Assembly (NCBI GenBank): GCA_951406725.2
Contig: OX597832.1
Span: forward strand, 22,258,001-22,322,000
Length of the DNA: 64,000 bases
Reading direction: 5' to 3'
From: Octopus vulgaris
Taxonomy: Eukaryota
Part shown: positions 1-12,316 of the stretch, in pieces
How the letters are laid out: every line of letters starts with the position of its first letter
Position numbering within the stretch: the stretch's first letter is position 1
The notes under the pieces: model-generated
The model's database searches: none
What the model was told of the DNA's origin: nothing
Seen by the model: the letters and a program-made list of their open reading frames with translations, nothing else
Translations under genes and position numbers: made by a program

Positions 1-25
1 AATGATAATGATAATAATAATAATG

Positions 26-65
<40 letters not shown>

Positions 66-97
66 TAATAATTATAATAATGATAATAATAATAATG

Positions 98-144
<47 letters not shown>

Positions 145-175
145 AATGATAATAATAATAATAATAATAATAATA
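1..175. repeat. (AAT)n/(GAT)n microsatellite
   Basis: Trinucleotide repeat seen directly. Confidence 0.98.
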
Positions 176-560
176 GAGGGGACAAACAAGGACAGACAAA
201 CGGATTAAGTCGATTATATCGACCCCAGTGCGTAACTGGTACTTAATTTATCGACCCCGAAAGGATGAAAGGCGAAGTCTACCTCAGCGGAATTTGGACT
301 CAGAAATTAAAGACAGACGAAATACCTATTTTTTTTACTACCCACAAGGGGCTAAACACAGAGCTGACAAACAAGGACAGACAAACGGATTAAGTCAATT
401 GTATCGACCCCAGTGTTTCTCTGGTACTTAATTTATCGACTCCGAAAGGATGAAAGGCAAAGTCGACCTCAGCGGAATTTGAACTCAGAACGTAACGGCA
501 GACGAAATACGGCTACGCATTTCGCCCGGCGTGCTAACGTTTCTGCCAGCTCGCCGCCTT
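176..560 (-). mobile_element. tRNA-derived SINE with Nin/Deu-like domain (family A), tandem dimer
   Basis: Minus strand has A-box-like TGGCAGAAACGTTAG, B-box GAGTTCAAATTCC, then GCCTTTCATCCTTTCGGGGTCGATAAATTAAGTACCAG-type domain; more than 15 copies in window. Confidence 0.85.
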
Positions 561-1016
561 TACAAATTTACATATTAAAACAATTTTTTCTGTTGAGTAA
601 AGCATTTTTATAAAACAACCAGCAATGTTTTCGTTGTTCATGATTAATGGTTAATTGTCGTATAAAAGGTTCATTGATGGGAATTAAAAGTTAATCGCTT
701 GTGTATGTGTATGTGTGTGTATGTTTGTGCGTGCGTTTATGCTTGCGTATGTGTGCGCGATCTTCCATCATTAAAAATCAACATGTAGTGTTTTGTTTCT
801 AAACATGTTGTTTAGTTTTCTTTCTTCTTTCTTTTTAAGCATAAACTACGAAATGAAGTGAAAAATTTTTTTCTCGCCAAATTTAAGACAAAAATTTCCG
901 GATTTAATTTGATTAAAATATCTGCTAACCCAACCATTACAAAAGCTCTCACTGCAATTCGTGTAAATATACAGGGTGGTGCACGAAAAAGTAACCTTGG
1001 TTCCGTAGCATAGTGT

Positions 1017-1279
1017 ATAAAATAAATAAATGCGCACTTTTTTAAAGCCTTGCCAGGCTCTTGGCCCGGTTTCCCGGTTTCAATGGCGTATGTGTTCCCC
1101 AGCTGGACGGGACACCAGTCCATCGCAGTGTTACTCATTTTTGCCAGTTGAGTGGACTGGAGCAATGTGAAATGAAGTGTTTTGTCCAAGAACACGACGC
1201 GTCGCCCAAACCAGGAATCGAAACCAAAATCTTACGATCATGATGCTGACACCCTAACCACTAAGCCACGCGCCTCCAC
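1017..1279 (-). mobile_element. tRNA-derived SINE (family C) with 10-bp target-site duplication
   Basis: Head GGCGCGTGGCTTAGTGGTTAG...GTTTCGATTCC; AGCATAGTGT at 1007-1016 and 1280-1289. Confidence 0.85.
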
Positions 1280-1323
1280 AGCATAGTGTTTACAAAGGAA
1301 TAAAGTTACACTCACAGAAAACA

Positions 1324-1402
1324 CCGTATTTGCCGGTGTAGTACTCGCACTTTTTATCTGACGGGAAAATCCAGGAAAAGCGGGGTGTGGTTTATACACG
1401 GT
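1324..1402 (+). mobile_element. pogo/Tigger-like terminal fragment
   Basis: CCGTATTTGCCGGTGTA...TATACACGG subterminal pattern. Confidence 0.4.
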
Positions 1403-1625
1403 TTCAAGGAAAATTTGGTCTAAATCCCGAACATTATTTCATGTAATTATCCAAAAGTTACGTGGTCCAAGCTTTTTTTACAATTCTTGCCGTTAAAACT
1501 AGTAAAAAAAAAAATCTGTTTAAGACTGTTTAAATATTCTTATTTCAGTGTCATCGCCCTTGTCTGTCATACGCTCTTATAACATTACGCATTTCAAACC
1601 AACGTGCGCCGGTATCGTCTCAATC

Positions 1626-1966
1626 TCCTACCGACTACCACTTTTTCAAGCACCTTGATAGTTTCCTGCGAGAGAAGGAGTTAAAAAAATCAAACCGATG
1701 CTGAAAGTGCGTTCAAAGATCCCACATCACCAGTTCCGCTTGCCAAAAGTGGCCCACTTGGCATCGTGCATTTGTTGCGTTCAAAGAGTTCATCAGCTCC
1801 AGAACTCCAGATTGTTATGTTACCGGAATAAACAAACTTGTAACTCGTTGGCAAAATCGTTTTGATTGTAATGGTACTTACTCTGAGGAATAAAATTTCC
1901 GTCTTGTTGAAATATATTGTGACGATTTTCATGTTTCAAAACGTTGCTTACATTTTACTCAGCCTA
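1626..1966 (+). pseudogene. mariner transposase C-terminal remnant with right TIR
   Basis: Translates SPTDYHFFKHLDSFLREKE...DAESAFK/EFISSRTPD.YVTGINKLVTRWQ...DCNGTY; TIR-like end then TA. Confidence 0.85.
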
Positions 1967-1982
1967 TATATATATATATATA

Positions 1983-2197
1983 GTTAATCCAAACAAGAAA
2001 ACACAGAAAAAAACACAGCAACGCGAGGACGTGGAACAATTAAAGTATTATTTGACGCTCAGGAAAGAAGGGAAGGAGGGTTTAACGTTTCGAGCGGAGC
2101 TCTTCGTCGGAAACAAGGAGAAGGAAAGATCCCGAGAAGGGAAGACAGAGAAAAAAATATTTTTGCTGGTGGTGCTTAAGAGATCACATGTTGAAAG

Positions 2198-2200
<3 letters not shown>
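1983..2200 (-). mobile_element. (TA)n-embedded Penelope-like/retrozyme fragment with minimal hammerhead (2080-2114)
   Basis: Reverse complement GTTT-CCGACGA-A-GAGC-TCC-GCTC-GAAACGTT-AAAC; closely similar copy at 42443-42670. Confidence 0.75.
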
Positions 2201-2273
<73 letters not shown>

Positions 2274-2275
2274 CA

Positions 2276-2439
2276 TTATTAAATCTCAGAGCGAGATGTA
2301 AAACAGTAACCGCTCGACCGTACTTCAAGGGCACAGAAAGTGTGTCTAAAGCCAGCTGGAGACGATGATCTCCTGGGGCTAAAAAGCTACAGTAACACAC
2401 CCCACTTTGTGGTTAGCCATATTGATATGGCTTTTATAC

Positions 2440-2441
<2 letters not shown>
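2276..2441 (+). repeat. Interspersed repeat related to 14591-15099 and to an insert in the Helitron at 12957-13018
   Basis: Shared AAAGCCAGCTGGAGACGATGATCTCCTGGGGCTAAAAAGCTAC. Confidence 0.7.
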
Positions 2442-2471
<30 letters not shown>

Positions 2472-2780
2472 CTTTATTAAAACAGCAGCAAAAAATATCA
2501 CAAAAACTGTTACTCAGAGTTTCACGTTCCCGTTCGTCGGACTGTTTAGTTGAGAATGGAACAAAATAATGTTATATGCATAAATATACAATTGCTTTGA
2601 TAGATACACATTTGTAAAATGGTTTTGTTTCATTGGTCTTTTCAACTAACGGTCTCTTCAATAACCGGTTGCATGAAATTACGATTACGGTTTAAAATCA
2701 TATTATTATAGAAATCGAAGAAAACCTTATACCAAAAATAGCATATGTAGAAGGAAAAAAGACCTGAATAACCAGGGTAA
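2472..2780 (-). mobile_element. (TA)n-embedded element with type I hammerhead-like motif (2504-2547)
   Basis: Reverse complement AAACAGT-CCGACGA-ACG-GGAA-CGT-GAA-ACTCTGAGT-A-ACAGTTT. Confidence 0.65.
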
Positions 2781-2819
2781 ATATCTATATACATATATAT
2801 AGCATATAAATATATATAC

Positions 2820-2829
2820 TTATATACAT

Positions 2830-2866
<37 letters not shown>

Positions 2867-3006
2867 AATTCATACATACATACATTCATACTTACATATA
2901 TTCATACACATATACATTCATACATACATACATTCATGCATACATACATACATACATACATATATACATACATACATACATACATATACATACATACATG
3001 CATACA

Positions 3007-3042
<36 letters not shown>

Positions 3043-3195
3043 TTCATACACATATACATACATACATACATACATACGTACACACATACATACATACATA
3101 CATACATATACATACATACATACATACATACATACATACATACATACATACATACATACATACAATACACACACGCTCACACACTCACACACGCT
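2820..3195. repeat. (CATA)n/(TA)n compound microsatellite
   Basis: Seen directly. Confidence 0.95.
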
Positions 3196-3420
3196 CATGC
3201 AGATCTCTTACGAAGTTTCATAGCCGCAAGGAATCCGATCCCGATTACATTTATTATATTTCTCTCTCAAATAAAAAATACTAAGCTTTTAGCTAAGAAA
3301 TTTATTAATGCTACTCTTTTGACTTCATGCACTATTTTCAATTATGAGTAAAAACGATCATAATCTTTGAGGTTACATGTACGTTATAATATGTATAATA
3401 TACATCCGATGAATATATAT

Positions 3421-3588
3421 AGGCGCAGGAGTGGCTGTGTGGTAAGTAGCTTGCTTACCAACAACCACATGGCTCCGGGTTTAGTCTCATTGCTTGGCAC
3501 ATTGGGAAAGTGTCTTCTGCTATAGACTTGGCGCCGAAAAAAGCTTTGTGAGTGGATTTGGTAAACAGAAACTGAAAGAAGCCCGTCG

Positions 3589-3622
<34 letters not shown>

Positions 3623-3834
3623 GGGGGTATGGGGGGTGTCTGTGTTTGTCTCCCCACCATCGCTTGACAACCGATGTCGGTGTGTTCACGTCCCCGTAAC
3701 ATAGCGGTTTGGCAAAAGAGGTCGAAGAGTACTAGGCTTGCAAAGAATAAGTACTGGGGTCGATTTGTTCGACTAAAGGCGGTGCTCCAGCCTGGCCGCA
3801 ATCAAATGACTGAAACAAGTAAAAGAATAAAAGA
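3421..3834 (+). mobile_element. CORE-type tRNA SINE with internal microsatellite (family B)
   Basis: GGCGCAGGAGTGGCTGTGTGGTAAG head, CORE-like block (ACCTTGGGCAAGT in better copies), internal (TA)n(TG)n, tail GGCGGTGCTCCAGC...GAAACAAGTAAAAG. Confidence 0.88.
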
Positions 3835-3885
3835 ATATACATACATATATACATATATATATATGTATGTATATGTATATGCGTG

Positions 3886-3927
<42 letters not shown>

Positions 3928-4089
3928 TGTGTGTATGCATGCATATATAACAGATATAATATATATATAAATAATATATATTGTGTATTCATGTAAGCAT
4001 AATGTATAAGTACACGTTTATGCGCGCGCGTGTATGTCTGTGTGCATATATCCGTACATATGTATACCTATATCACTTTACCTGTCTAT

Positions 4090-4388
4090 CGCTAGGCTAG
4101 CTTGGGAAGTTAAGCAGTTGTGGTTGATGAAAAAAGTAGCAGTAGTACCAATAATTATTGGAGCCCTGGGAACAGTGAGCAAAAATCTCGAGAAGTACGT
4201 GGAAGAAATAGGGGCTGCAATAAGGGTGGAGCACTTGCAGAAAACAGCACTGCTTGGAATCACTCGAATACTCCGGAAGGTGCTCGAAAAATAAGAGGTG
4301 TTACCTTAGTTCACTGGTAGTGAACTGCTGACGCCGTAGTACATCTCCAGCGTTAGAAGCTGTGCAAAGGCAATAATAATAATAATGA
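4090..4388 (+). pseudogene. R4/Dong-type LINE 3' end (endonuclease C-terminus, 3'UTR, AAT tail)
   Basis: LAWEVKQLW..VVPIIIGALGTVSKNL...LQKTALLGITRILRKVL* followed by (AAT)n. Confidence 0.85.
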
Positions 4389-4408
4389 TATATGTATGTA
4401 TGTATATA

Positions 4409-4622
4409 CACGAGGTGGTGCCAAAGAGTTCCTGGTTTTGGGTAAAAGAAAATACAGGAGGGTCAGTTATGTTTTTATTATCCCCATATTATTCCCCTCT
4501 CATTCTCACAGACTTATTGCAGCGGTCCTTCAGTTTTTCTTAGCCCTGTTAAAGAACTTGGAAGGTTAGGCCTCCAACCAAGCTTTTAGCAATACTCTTG
4601 AAGCTAGAAACTTTTGAGCATC
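4409..4622 (-). pseudogene. mariner 3' end remnant
   Basis: TIR-like CACGAGGTGGTGCCAAAGAGTTCC after TA; minus strand decayed GLRK.KDRCNK....RGE. Confidence 0.6.
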
Positions 4623-4713
4623 AAGGACAGACAAAGGGATTAAGTCGATTACATGGACCGCAGTGCGTAACTGGTACTTAATTTATCCTCTCGCGTATAT
4701 ATATATATATATA

Positions 4714-4981
4714 GACAGTTGAAACACTCCTGTCACAACCTGGGACCTTGAAGACTGCTATAACGCATGAAAGTATACTAGTCCCTTAATATTTTATATT
4801 CAACATTTCATCTATTCAATAAGACAATCAATACTTCGTTTCATTTTACTATAGATACTTTTTATACTATATATTCTATATTCTACATTAATACTATAAA
4901 AATATAAATAAAACATATATAACAGGCAGTTAGAATTTCTTTGGATAATATATATCCCTCTATACACAGTCATACAAACCC

Positions 4982-4985
<4 letters not shown>
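4714..4985 (+). mobile_element. (TA)n-embedded element with type I hammerhead-like motif (4742-4785)
   Basis: GGGAC-CTTGAAGA-CTGC-TATAAC-GCAT-GAA-AGTATACT-A-GTCCC. Confidence 0.7.
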
Positions 4986-5032
<47 letters not shown>

Positions 5033-5071
5033 AACACGCACCGGTTGATAGTTCGTGCGTATGCGGCCACA

Positions 5072-5107
<36 letters not shown>

Positions 5108-6422
5108 GATAGCTTGGTTATATCTCGACGTCTAGGCCACAGGGCAAAACATAGAGGAAACGCTAATTTCCAAATCAAACCAATTTAATAAAACATATTA
5201 ATTAATTAAAGCAAGGGCGTGACGCCTAGGTAGGCAGTGCCTACCCCAAATAAAATAGATCGATAGTAACATTTTCTTTTATGGTAAAAAATACACCTAA
5301 TTCAAGGAAAAAAGGTTACTCTGATTACTATGCATAAAATGTAAAATATATATATATTTTTTGTAGATTAGGTAGGCATAATTTACCCTTGCCTTTCAAG
5401 CTCAGTATGTAAGCTACGCATAGTATTGCTGTAGTACACATGCTGTGTACACTCCTACAACAACGTTTTCTTTACGCGTTATAAAGGCAAAAATAAATCT
5501 GTCTTCAACTCAGTCGTGTGTCTGTGTTTCGCTTATTTTTTTGTGCGTTTTACTAACTAAAGGTCACCAACTGCCTACCCTGAGTAATTACTGACGGCAC
5601 GTGCTTGAATTTAAGACTTGAACTTTCCATTATATAGATGGTAGATACGTAGTCACGAGAAAGTGAGGAAAATGTAGACATACAGACAGAAATATTACAT
5701 TTTTGTATTAATGCCCTCTGGCCACGAGAAATTATTTCCATTACTCGTTTGTTATTTCTTTTCAGGTGGATCATAATTGGTTTTTGTTTTAAATTCCGTG
5801 TCTCTCCGTCTCTCATTCAGTCTCTCACACTCTATCTCTCACTCTCTACCTTTCACTCACGTTGTCATTCTTATTCTCTCTTTTTTTTTCTTCTCTGTCA
5901 CGCGTATCTTCTTAAAGAATAATTAACTTTCGTCGTTCTCCGCTACTACTTCATACCTGAATTATGCAAATTCCTATTATTCAACAATTCCAGTTATTTC
6001 CAAATGAACTTTTGCTGTAATTATAATTCATGCAAATTACATCAACCAAAAAATTTTCATAACTCTTTTTTTACTTGTGAAAAACATCTGTCAACGGATC
6101 AAAGTAGGCCATGCTAAGCTGACGATGTCAAGGCAGAAACATACCTGTTGCTGTCTCCCCTCCCCCACACCACCATTACATGAAAATTCAATTTTATGCC
6201 GTATGGATTGTGAACATCTTCATATTAACGTTTCCTTTCTTCGAGAGTTGCAAACAATTACAGTTAGCGTTTTCTTTTCTTTCCGCTACTTAAAAGCAAA
6301 TATCAATGTCAGAATTTTTTTTATTTTTGCATAAATCATTCGATATACTGACGCCTACATGAGTTATATATATATATATATATATATATATAGATAGATA
6401 GATAGATACGTCTGTATATATA

Positions 6423-6613
6423 GTCGCCCTGATAGATCGTTAGCCACTACACAGATTTTTTTCTCTCCTTGTTTTATATGTGTCCCTTTCTGTAGAAGAG
6501 CGTAGGCTCGAAACGTAAAAGACTTTTTCAATTCCTGATCGTTATACTAATACATCTGCTTGTTTTGTACACCACCTGTCTTCGTCTTTTGTTTTTTTCG
6601 TGAACTCTCCCCC
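6423..6613 (+). mobile_element. (TA)n-embedded element with CUGUAGA-core hammerhead variant (6486-6521)
   Basis: CTTT-CTGTAGA-A-GAGC-GTAG-GCTC-GAAACGTA-AAAG; relatives at 23832, 30699, 30893. Confidence 0.7.
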
Positions 6614-6627
6614 TATATATATATGTA

Positions 6628-6795
6628 GGCGCAGGTATGGCTGTGTGGTAAGTAGCTTGATTACCAACCACATGTTTCCGGGTTCAGTCCCACTGCATGG
6701 CACCTTGGGCAAGTGCCTTCTACTGTAGCCTCTGGCTGACCAAAGCCTTCTGAGTAGATTTGGGACACGGAAACTGAAAGAAGCCAGTCGTATAC

Positions 6796-6827
<32 letters not shown>

Positions 6828-7066
6828 CTGCGTGTGTCTGTGTTTGTCTCACGCCATCGCTTGACAACCGATGTTTGTGTGTTTACTTTGTGGTTCGCCA
6901 AAAGAGACCGATAGGATAAGTACTAGGCTTGTCACACTCCTTGCGAACTACGTTAAGGATACACGTGTCTGTGGAATGCTCAGCCATTTGCACGTTAATT
7001 TCCACGAGCAAGCTGTTCCGTTGATCGTGTCAGCTGGAACTCTCGTCGTCGTAACCGACGGAGTGC
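6628..7066 (+). mobile_element. Family B SINE joined to the 3' part of a family C SINE
   Basis: Family B sequence to TACTAGGCTT, then GTCACACTC...GTCGTAACCGACGGAGTGC as in 11955-12112. Confidence 0.75.
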
Positions 7067-7242
7067 TCCTTTCCTTTTATGTATGTATATATGTTTGAAT
7101 GGATGAATGAATGAATGAATGGATGAATGAATGAATGAATGAGTGAGTGAGTGAATGAGTGAGGATGTGCGTGTGTATTAAATTGAGGTACAATAAATTC
7201 CTGCCAAATCTTTTAGATGTTGGCTATAGTTCGTACTTTATA

Positions 7243-7625
7243 TCTTTATATATAAAAGTAAAGTTGTGTGTCTGTCTCCTACGATTTAGATTCCTAACTA
7301 CTCCCACATTTTGCGGTGCAGTTTAACCAAAACCGGGTATCTTATAGTCGTGATTCATATCGAGCCCTTCTGGGTATTTGCGCGCGTCTACGATTTAAAA
7401 AAAATTACCATAATTTTTTTCCATTTTAATGCATTTTTTCGCTATTATATAAGGGAAATAACTCTCTAAAAGTGTCTACGATGAGTCAACGATTTAAAAA
7501 AAAATTTACCATCATTTTTTTCCATTTTAATGCATTTTTTTGCAATTTTTTGGCTATAACTCTCTAAAAATGCTTATATAGTTATTTCCCTTACAAACCC
7601 GAGCAACGCCGGGCGATACTACTAG
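7243..7625 (+). mobile_element. Non-autonomous Helitron
   Basis: 5' TC, 3' CTAG, subterminal hairpin CCCGAGCAACGCCGGG, inserted between A and T with no TSD. Confidence 0.88.
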
Positions 7626-8299
7626 TATTATATAATAATTCATATTAATTTTCTCAGACTCATCTAATTGGTATATTATCGTTTATTTTTCCTTAGTATT
7701 TCGTTTTTAACCCCTTCTTAGAAGCCATGAAAACATGTTAGACGTTAGGTGTTGAGGGCACCTAACGAACAATGTAATCCACAATTGCGGTCCTTATTTT
7801 TTGGACTCTTCCTGTCAAAGAGGCCCACAAGTAGGAATTCATTAAAAAGTATATTTCAACCAAAACCAGAAAGAATGCAGAAACATAGGAATAAGCCAAG
7901 AAAAATGGTACGATAAAGAATATGAACAAAAGGAGTGAAAAACAAACAGAGACATAGGTAAAGAAGCAGATCAGAGGCATATCAGACGTCATGGTTGTTG
8001 GTATGTGAGTTTTAAGTTCATGAGTAAAAGCATACACGTCGAGACGGTCCTATATGAGCATCATTATGCAAACTGAAGCGTTTTGTTTTATTCCTGATTT
8101 TACTTATAACATAGTCGTCTTACAGAGATGTGTAAATTTTGAGATATAATCTTTTTGACCGGTTCACAAAGGAGAGTAAACGGTTATTGAAGCGAGAGGG
8201 ACCTACAAAATCTTCATGATGATGGAGAAGCGATTTTTAAAAATCCTTGTTAATATAGTCGTGATATAAAGATACATAAACTGTGTTTAATTAATCATG

Positions 8300-8412
8300 C
8301 TGACTGGTTCATAAGCAGACGACATTTGTTCTACTGACTGGTTCATAAGCAGACGACGTTTGTTCTACTGACTTGTTCATAAGCAGACGACATTTGTTCT
8401 ACTGATTGGTTC
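8300..8412. repeat. 34-bp minisatellite, about 3.3 copies
   Basis: CTGACTGGTTCATAAGCAGACGACATTTGTTCTA tandem. Confidence 0.9.
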
Positions 8413-8979
8413 GTAATCACAAGTGATCGATAAAGAAATGGTGGAACGAATATGGAGAGTAACAAACGTTTAAAAATGATTTACCATTTCCAACGTTTCA
8501 TATATATATTTTTCTTTCTTTTCTTTATTATTTTTCCATTTCTTTTCTTCGTCGAAAATTATTTTTCTCTCCGATCTCACAGATCTTGTTAATCTGCAAA
8601 GTGAATTGAAATGTATGGCTGGCGTTCCAATAAAATAAAGAAAAAAAAAAACGGAAACAGAAGATATATGAAATAATTTGGAAGAACAAAGGCAAAACTA
8701 TGATAAAATGACGATAAAATGTAAACCAAATAAACCAACAATAATGACGTCATCAATAATGGCAACGTCATATCTAATAGTGGTTTCCCTTTGTTTTATT
8801 TAAGTAGAGCGGAATGAAACAATTTGGTGGAGCCGTTTGGATGCAGGCCATTTGGCACAACTGATAGGACTTTCAGCCCGTTTTGGTGACTGTACTTTTT
8901 GGCACTGGAGGCATTCACGCTCGCACACGTACGCGTTTGCAGAAATGTACACATGAGGCATACTGAGAGAAAGACTGTG

Positions 8980-9131
8980 TGAGAGGGTGGAAGAGAGAGA
9001 GAGAGAGAGAGAGAAGAGAGAGATGGGGGGGTTACAATATACTGATCGAACACGATTGACATAAAAACGCTTTTCGTCTCTTCATACGCATAAAGAGAAA
9101 TACATTCACACACATAAACAGAGAGAGATGG

Positions 9132-9163
<32 letters not shown>

Positions 9164-9610
9164 GGAATAGAGAGAGGGAGAGAGAAAGGGAAAGGGGAAT
9201 AGAGAGAGGGAGAGAGAGAGAGAAAGGGGAATAGAGAGAGGGAGAGAGAGAAAGAGGAATAGAGAGAGGGAGAGGGAGAGAGAGAGAGAAAGGGAAATAG
9301 AGAGAGGCAGAGAGAGGGAGAGGGAGAGAGAGAAAGGGGAATAGAGAGAGGGAGAGAGAGAAAGGGGAATAGAGAGAGAGAGAGAGAGAAAAAGGGGAAT
9401 AGAGAGAGGGAGAGAGAGGAAGAGTGAGGGAGAGAGAGGAGAGAGAGAAAGAGAGAGTGGGAGAGAGAGAGGGGCTATAAACGCTTTCCGTCTCATCATA
9501 CACTTCCAGAGAAATACTCTCACACACAAGCAGAGAGGGAGAGGGGGAGAGGAAGAGAGAGAGAGAGAGAGATAGAGATAGAGCGGTAGATGGACAGAGA
9601 GAGAGAAGGA
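8980..9610. repeat. GA-rich polypurine minisatellite
   Basis: Units of GAGAGAAAGGGGAATAGAGAGAGG. Confidence 0.9.
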
Positions 9611-9802
9611 TGAGTGTCTGATTTGATCTCTATGAACCAGAATACACATTGCGCTTTCTTGTCATATTATTTTCAGTAAAACACAGAGATAATAATAATA
9701 GTCCCAAATTTTGGCACAGGGCCTGCAATTTCGGGAGTGGCTGTAAGTCTATTACATCGACCCCAGTGTTGAACTGGTACTTATTTTATCGACTTATTTT
9801 AT

Positions 9803-10420
9803 AGGCGCAGGAGTGGCTGTGTGGTAAGTAGCTTGCTAACCAACCACATGGTTCCAGGTTCAGTCTCACTGCTTAGCACCTTGGGCAAGTCTCTTCTACT
9901 ATAACCTCGGGCCGACCAAAGCCTTGTGTGTGGATTTGGTAGACGGAAACTGAAAGAAGCCTGTCGTATGTATGTATGTATGTATGTATGTATGTATGTA
10001 TGTATGTATGTATGTATGTATGTATGTATGTATGTATGTATGTATGTATGTATGTATGTATGTATGTATGTATGTATGTATGTATGTATGTATGTATGTA
10101 TGTATGTATGTATGTATGTATGTATGTATGTATGTATGTATGTATGTATGTATGTATGTATGTATGTATGTATGTATGTATGTATGTATGTATGTATGTA
10201 TGTATGTATGTATGTATGTATGTATGTGTTTGTCCCTCTAGCATTGCTTGACAACCGATGCTGGTGTGTTTACGTCCCCGTCACTTAGCGGTTCGGCAAA
10301 AGAGATCGATAGAGTAAGTACTGAGCTTACAAAGTCCCGGGGTCGATTTGCTCGACTAAAAGGCGGTGCTCCAGCATGGTCACAGTCAAATGACTGAAGC
10401 AAGTAAAAAAAAGATTAAAA
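9803..10420 (+). mobile_element. Family B SINE with about 260 bp internal (TATG)n
   Basis: Full head, core and tail; absent from the duplicate copy near 15205. Confidence 0.88.
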
Positions 10421-10559
10421 AGACCCCAATAGAATGAAAGGCAAAAATCGAAGCCTACGATATTTGAACTAAGAGCGTATAGCCTGAATAAAAATGCTGC
10501 TAAACATTTTACCGGCGCGGTAACAATTCTGCCTATTGGCCACCTCTTGGCAACGATTT

Positions 10560-11056
10560 CAATTTTTGACACAAGGGCAGCTATTTCGGGGTAAGGAATA
10601 AGTTGTTCAATTGGTGTTCAATTGGTACTTATTTTATCGACCCCGAAAGGATAAAAGACAAAGTCGACCTCGCCAGTATTTGAACTCAGACCATAAAGAC
10701 CTACGAAATGCCGCAAAGCATTTTGCTCGGCGTTCTAACGTTTCTGCCAACTTGCCGCATAAAAGGCGGAGGTAACAGTAAATATCTATTTCTTTACTAC
10801 CCACAAGGGGCTAAACACAGAAGGGACAAACAAGGACAGACAAACGGATTAAGTCGATTATATCGACCCCAGTGCGTAACTATTACTTTATTTATCGACC
10901 CCGAAAGGATGAAAGGCAAAGTCGACCTCGGCGGAATTTGAACTCAGAACGTAGCGGCAGACGAAATACCTATTTCTTTACTACCCACAAGGGGCTAAAC
11001 ACAGAGAGGACAAACAAGGAAAGACAAACGGATTAAGTCGATTATATCGACCCCAG
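10560..11056 (-). mobile_element. Family A SINE cluster
   Basis: Repeated ATCGACCCCGAAAGGATGAAAGGCAAAGTCGACCTC units. Confidence 0.8.
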
Positions 11057-11790
11057 TTGTTCATGATTAATGGTTAATTGTCGTATAAAAGGTTCATTGA
11101 TGGGAATTAAAAGTTAATCACTTGTGTGTGCAAGTGTGTGTGCGTGCGTTTATGCTTGCGTATGTGTGCACGCGCTTCCATCATTAAAAATCAACATGTA
11201 GTGTTTTGTTTCTAGACATCTTGTTTATTTTTCTTTCTTCTTTCTTTTTAAATATAAACTACGAAATGAAGTGAAAAATTTATTTCTCGCCAAATTTAAG
11301 ACAAAAATTTCCGAATTTAATTTGATCAAAATATCTGCTAACCCAACCATTACAAAATCTCTCACTACGATTCGTGAAAATATACAGGGTGGTGCACGAA
11401 AATGTAACCTTGATTCCGTAGCATAGTGTATAAAATAAATAAATGCGCCCTTTTAAAGCCTAGCCAGACTCTTGGGCCCGGTTTCCCGGTTTTAATGGCG
11501 TATGTGTTCCCCAGCTGGACGGAACACCAGTCCATCGCAGCGTTACTCATTTTTACAAGTTGAGTGGACTGGAGCAACTTGAAATGAAGTGTTTTGCTCA
11601 AGAACACAACGCGTCGTGCTTATATTTTATCGAGGTTTTCACTGGGACATTCCACCAGTACTCCTTTTTATTATGAGTGGCTATGGCTTCTACTGTATGT
11701 ATGTATGTATGTATGTATGTATGTATGTATGTATGTATGTATGTATGTATGAATGTATGTATGAATGTATGTATGTATCTATGTATGTGT

Positions 11791-12115
11791 GAGGGCGCAT
11801 GGCTTAGTGGTTAGGGGCATTCGGCTCATGATCGTAAGGTTGTGAGTTCGATTCCCGGCGACGCGTTGTGTCCTTGAGCAAGACACTTTATTTCACGTTG
11901 CTCCAGTCCACCAAGCAGGCAAAAATGAGTAGTACCTGTATTTCAAAGGGCCAGCCTTGTCACACTCTGTGTCACCCTGAATCTCCCTGAGAACTACGTT
12001 AAGGATACACGTGTCTGTGGAGTGCTCAGCCATTTGCACGTTAGTTTCTACGAGCAAGCTGTTCCGTTGATCGTATCAGCTGGCACCCTCGTCGTCGTAA
12101 CCGACGGAGTGCTTC
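11791..12115 (+). mobile_element. Family C SINE
   Basis: tRNA-like head with A/B boxes, CCTTGAGCAAGACACTTTATTTCACGTTGCTCCAGTCCAC domain. Confidence 0.85.
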
Positions 12116-12316
12116 TTTCCTTTTGTGTATGTATGTATGTATGTATGTATGTATGTATGTATGTATGTATGTATGTATGTATGTATGTATGTATGTATGT
12201 ATGAATGAATGAGTGAGTGAGTGAGTGAATGAGTGAGAATGCGCGTGTGTATTAAACTGAGTCACAATAAATTCCTGCCAAATCTTTTAGATGTTGGCTA
12301 TAGGTTGTACTTTATA

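Larger units (their letters stand above)
633..10785 (+). repeat. Local segmental duplication, copy 1 (shared blocks 633-1205, ~6946-8788, ~9611-10785)
   Basis: Collinear high-identity matches to 11056-15574, including non-TE sequence. Confidence 0.85.

Noticed and set aside
240-300. Hammerhead in the family A unit (GAAAGGATGA)
   Set aside because: No CUGANGA core; it is the reverse strand of the Nin-like domain
228-613. Recurrent MRNWYLIYRPRK and [16 protein letters not shown] peptides suggesting a gene family
   Set aside because: Chance frames through SINE families A and B, broken differently in each copy
5212-5607. Possible hAT-like MITE
   Set aside because: Terminal inverted match is weak and no TSD found
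8300-8412. 34-bp repeats resembling CRISPR
   Set aside because: Contiguous tandem units with no spacers or cas genes, in eukaryotic context
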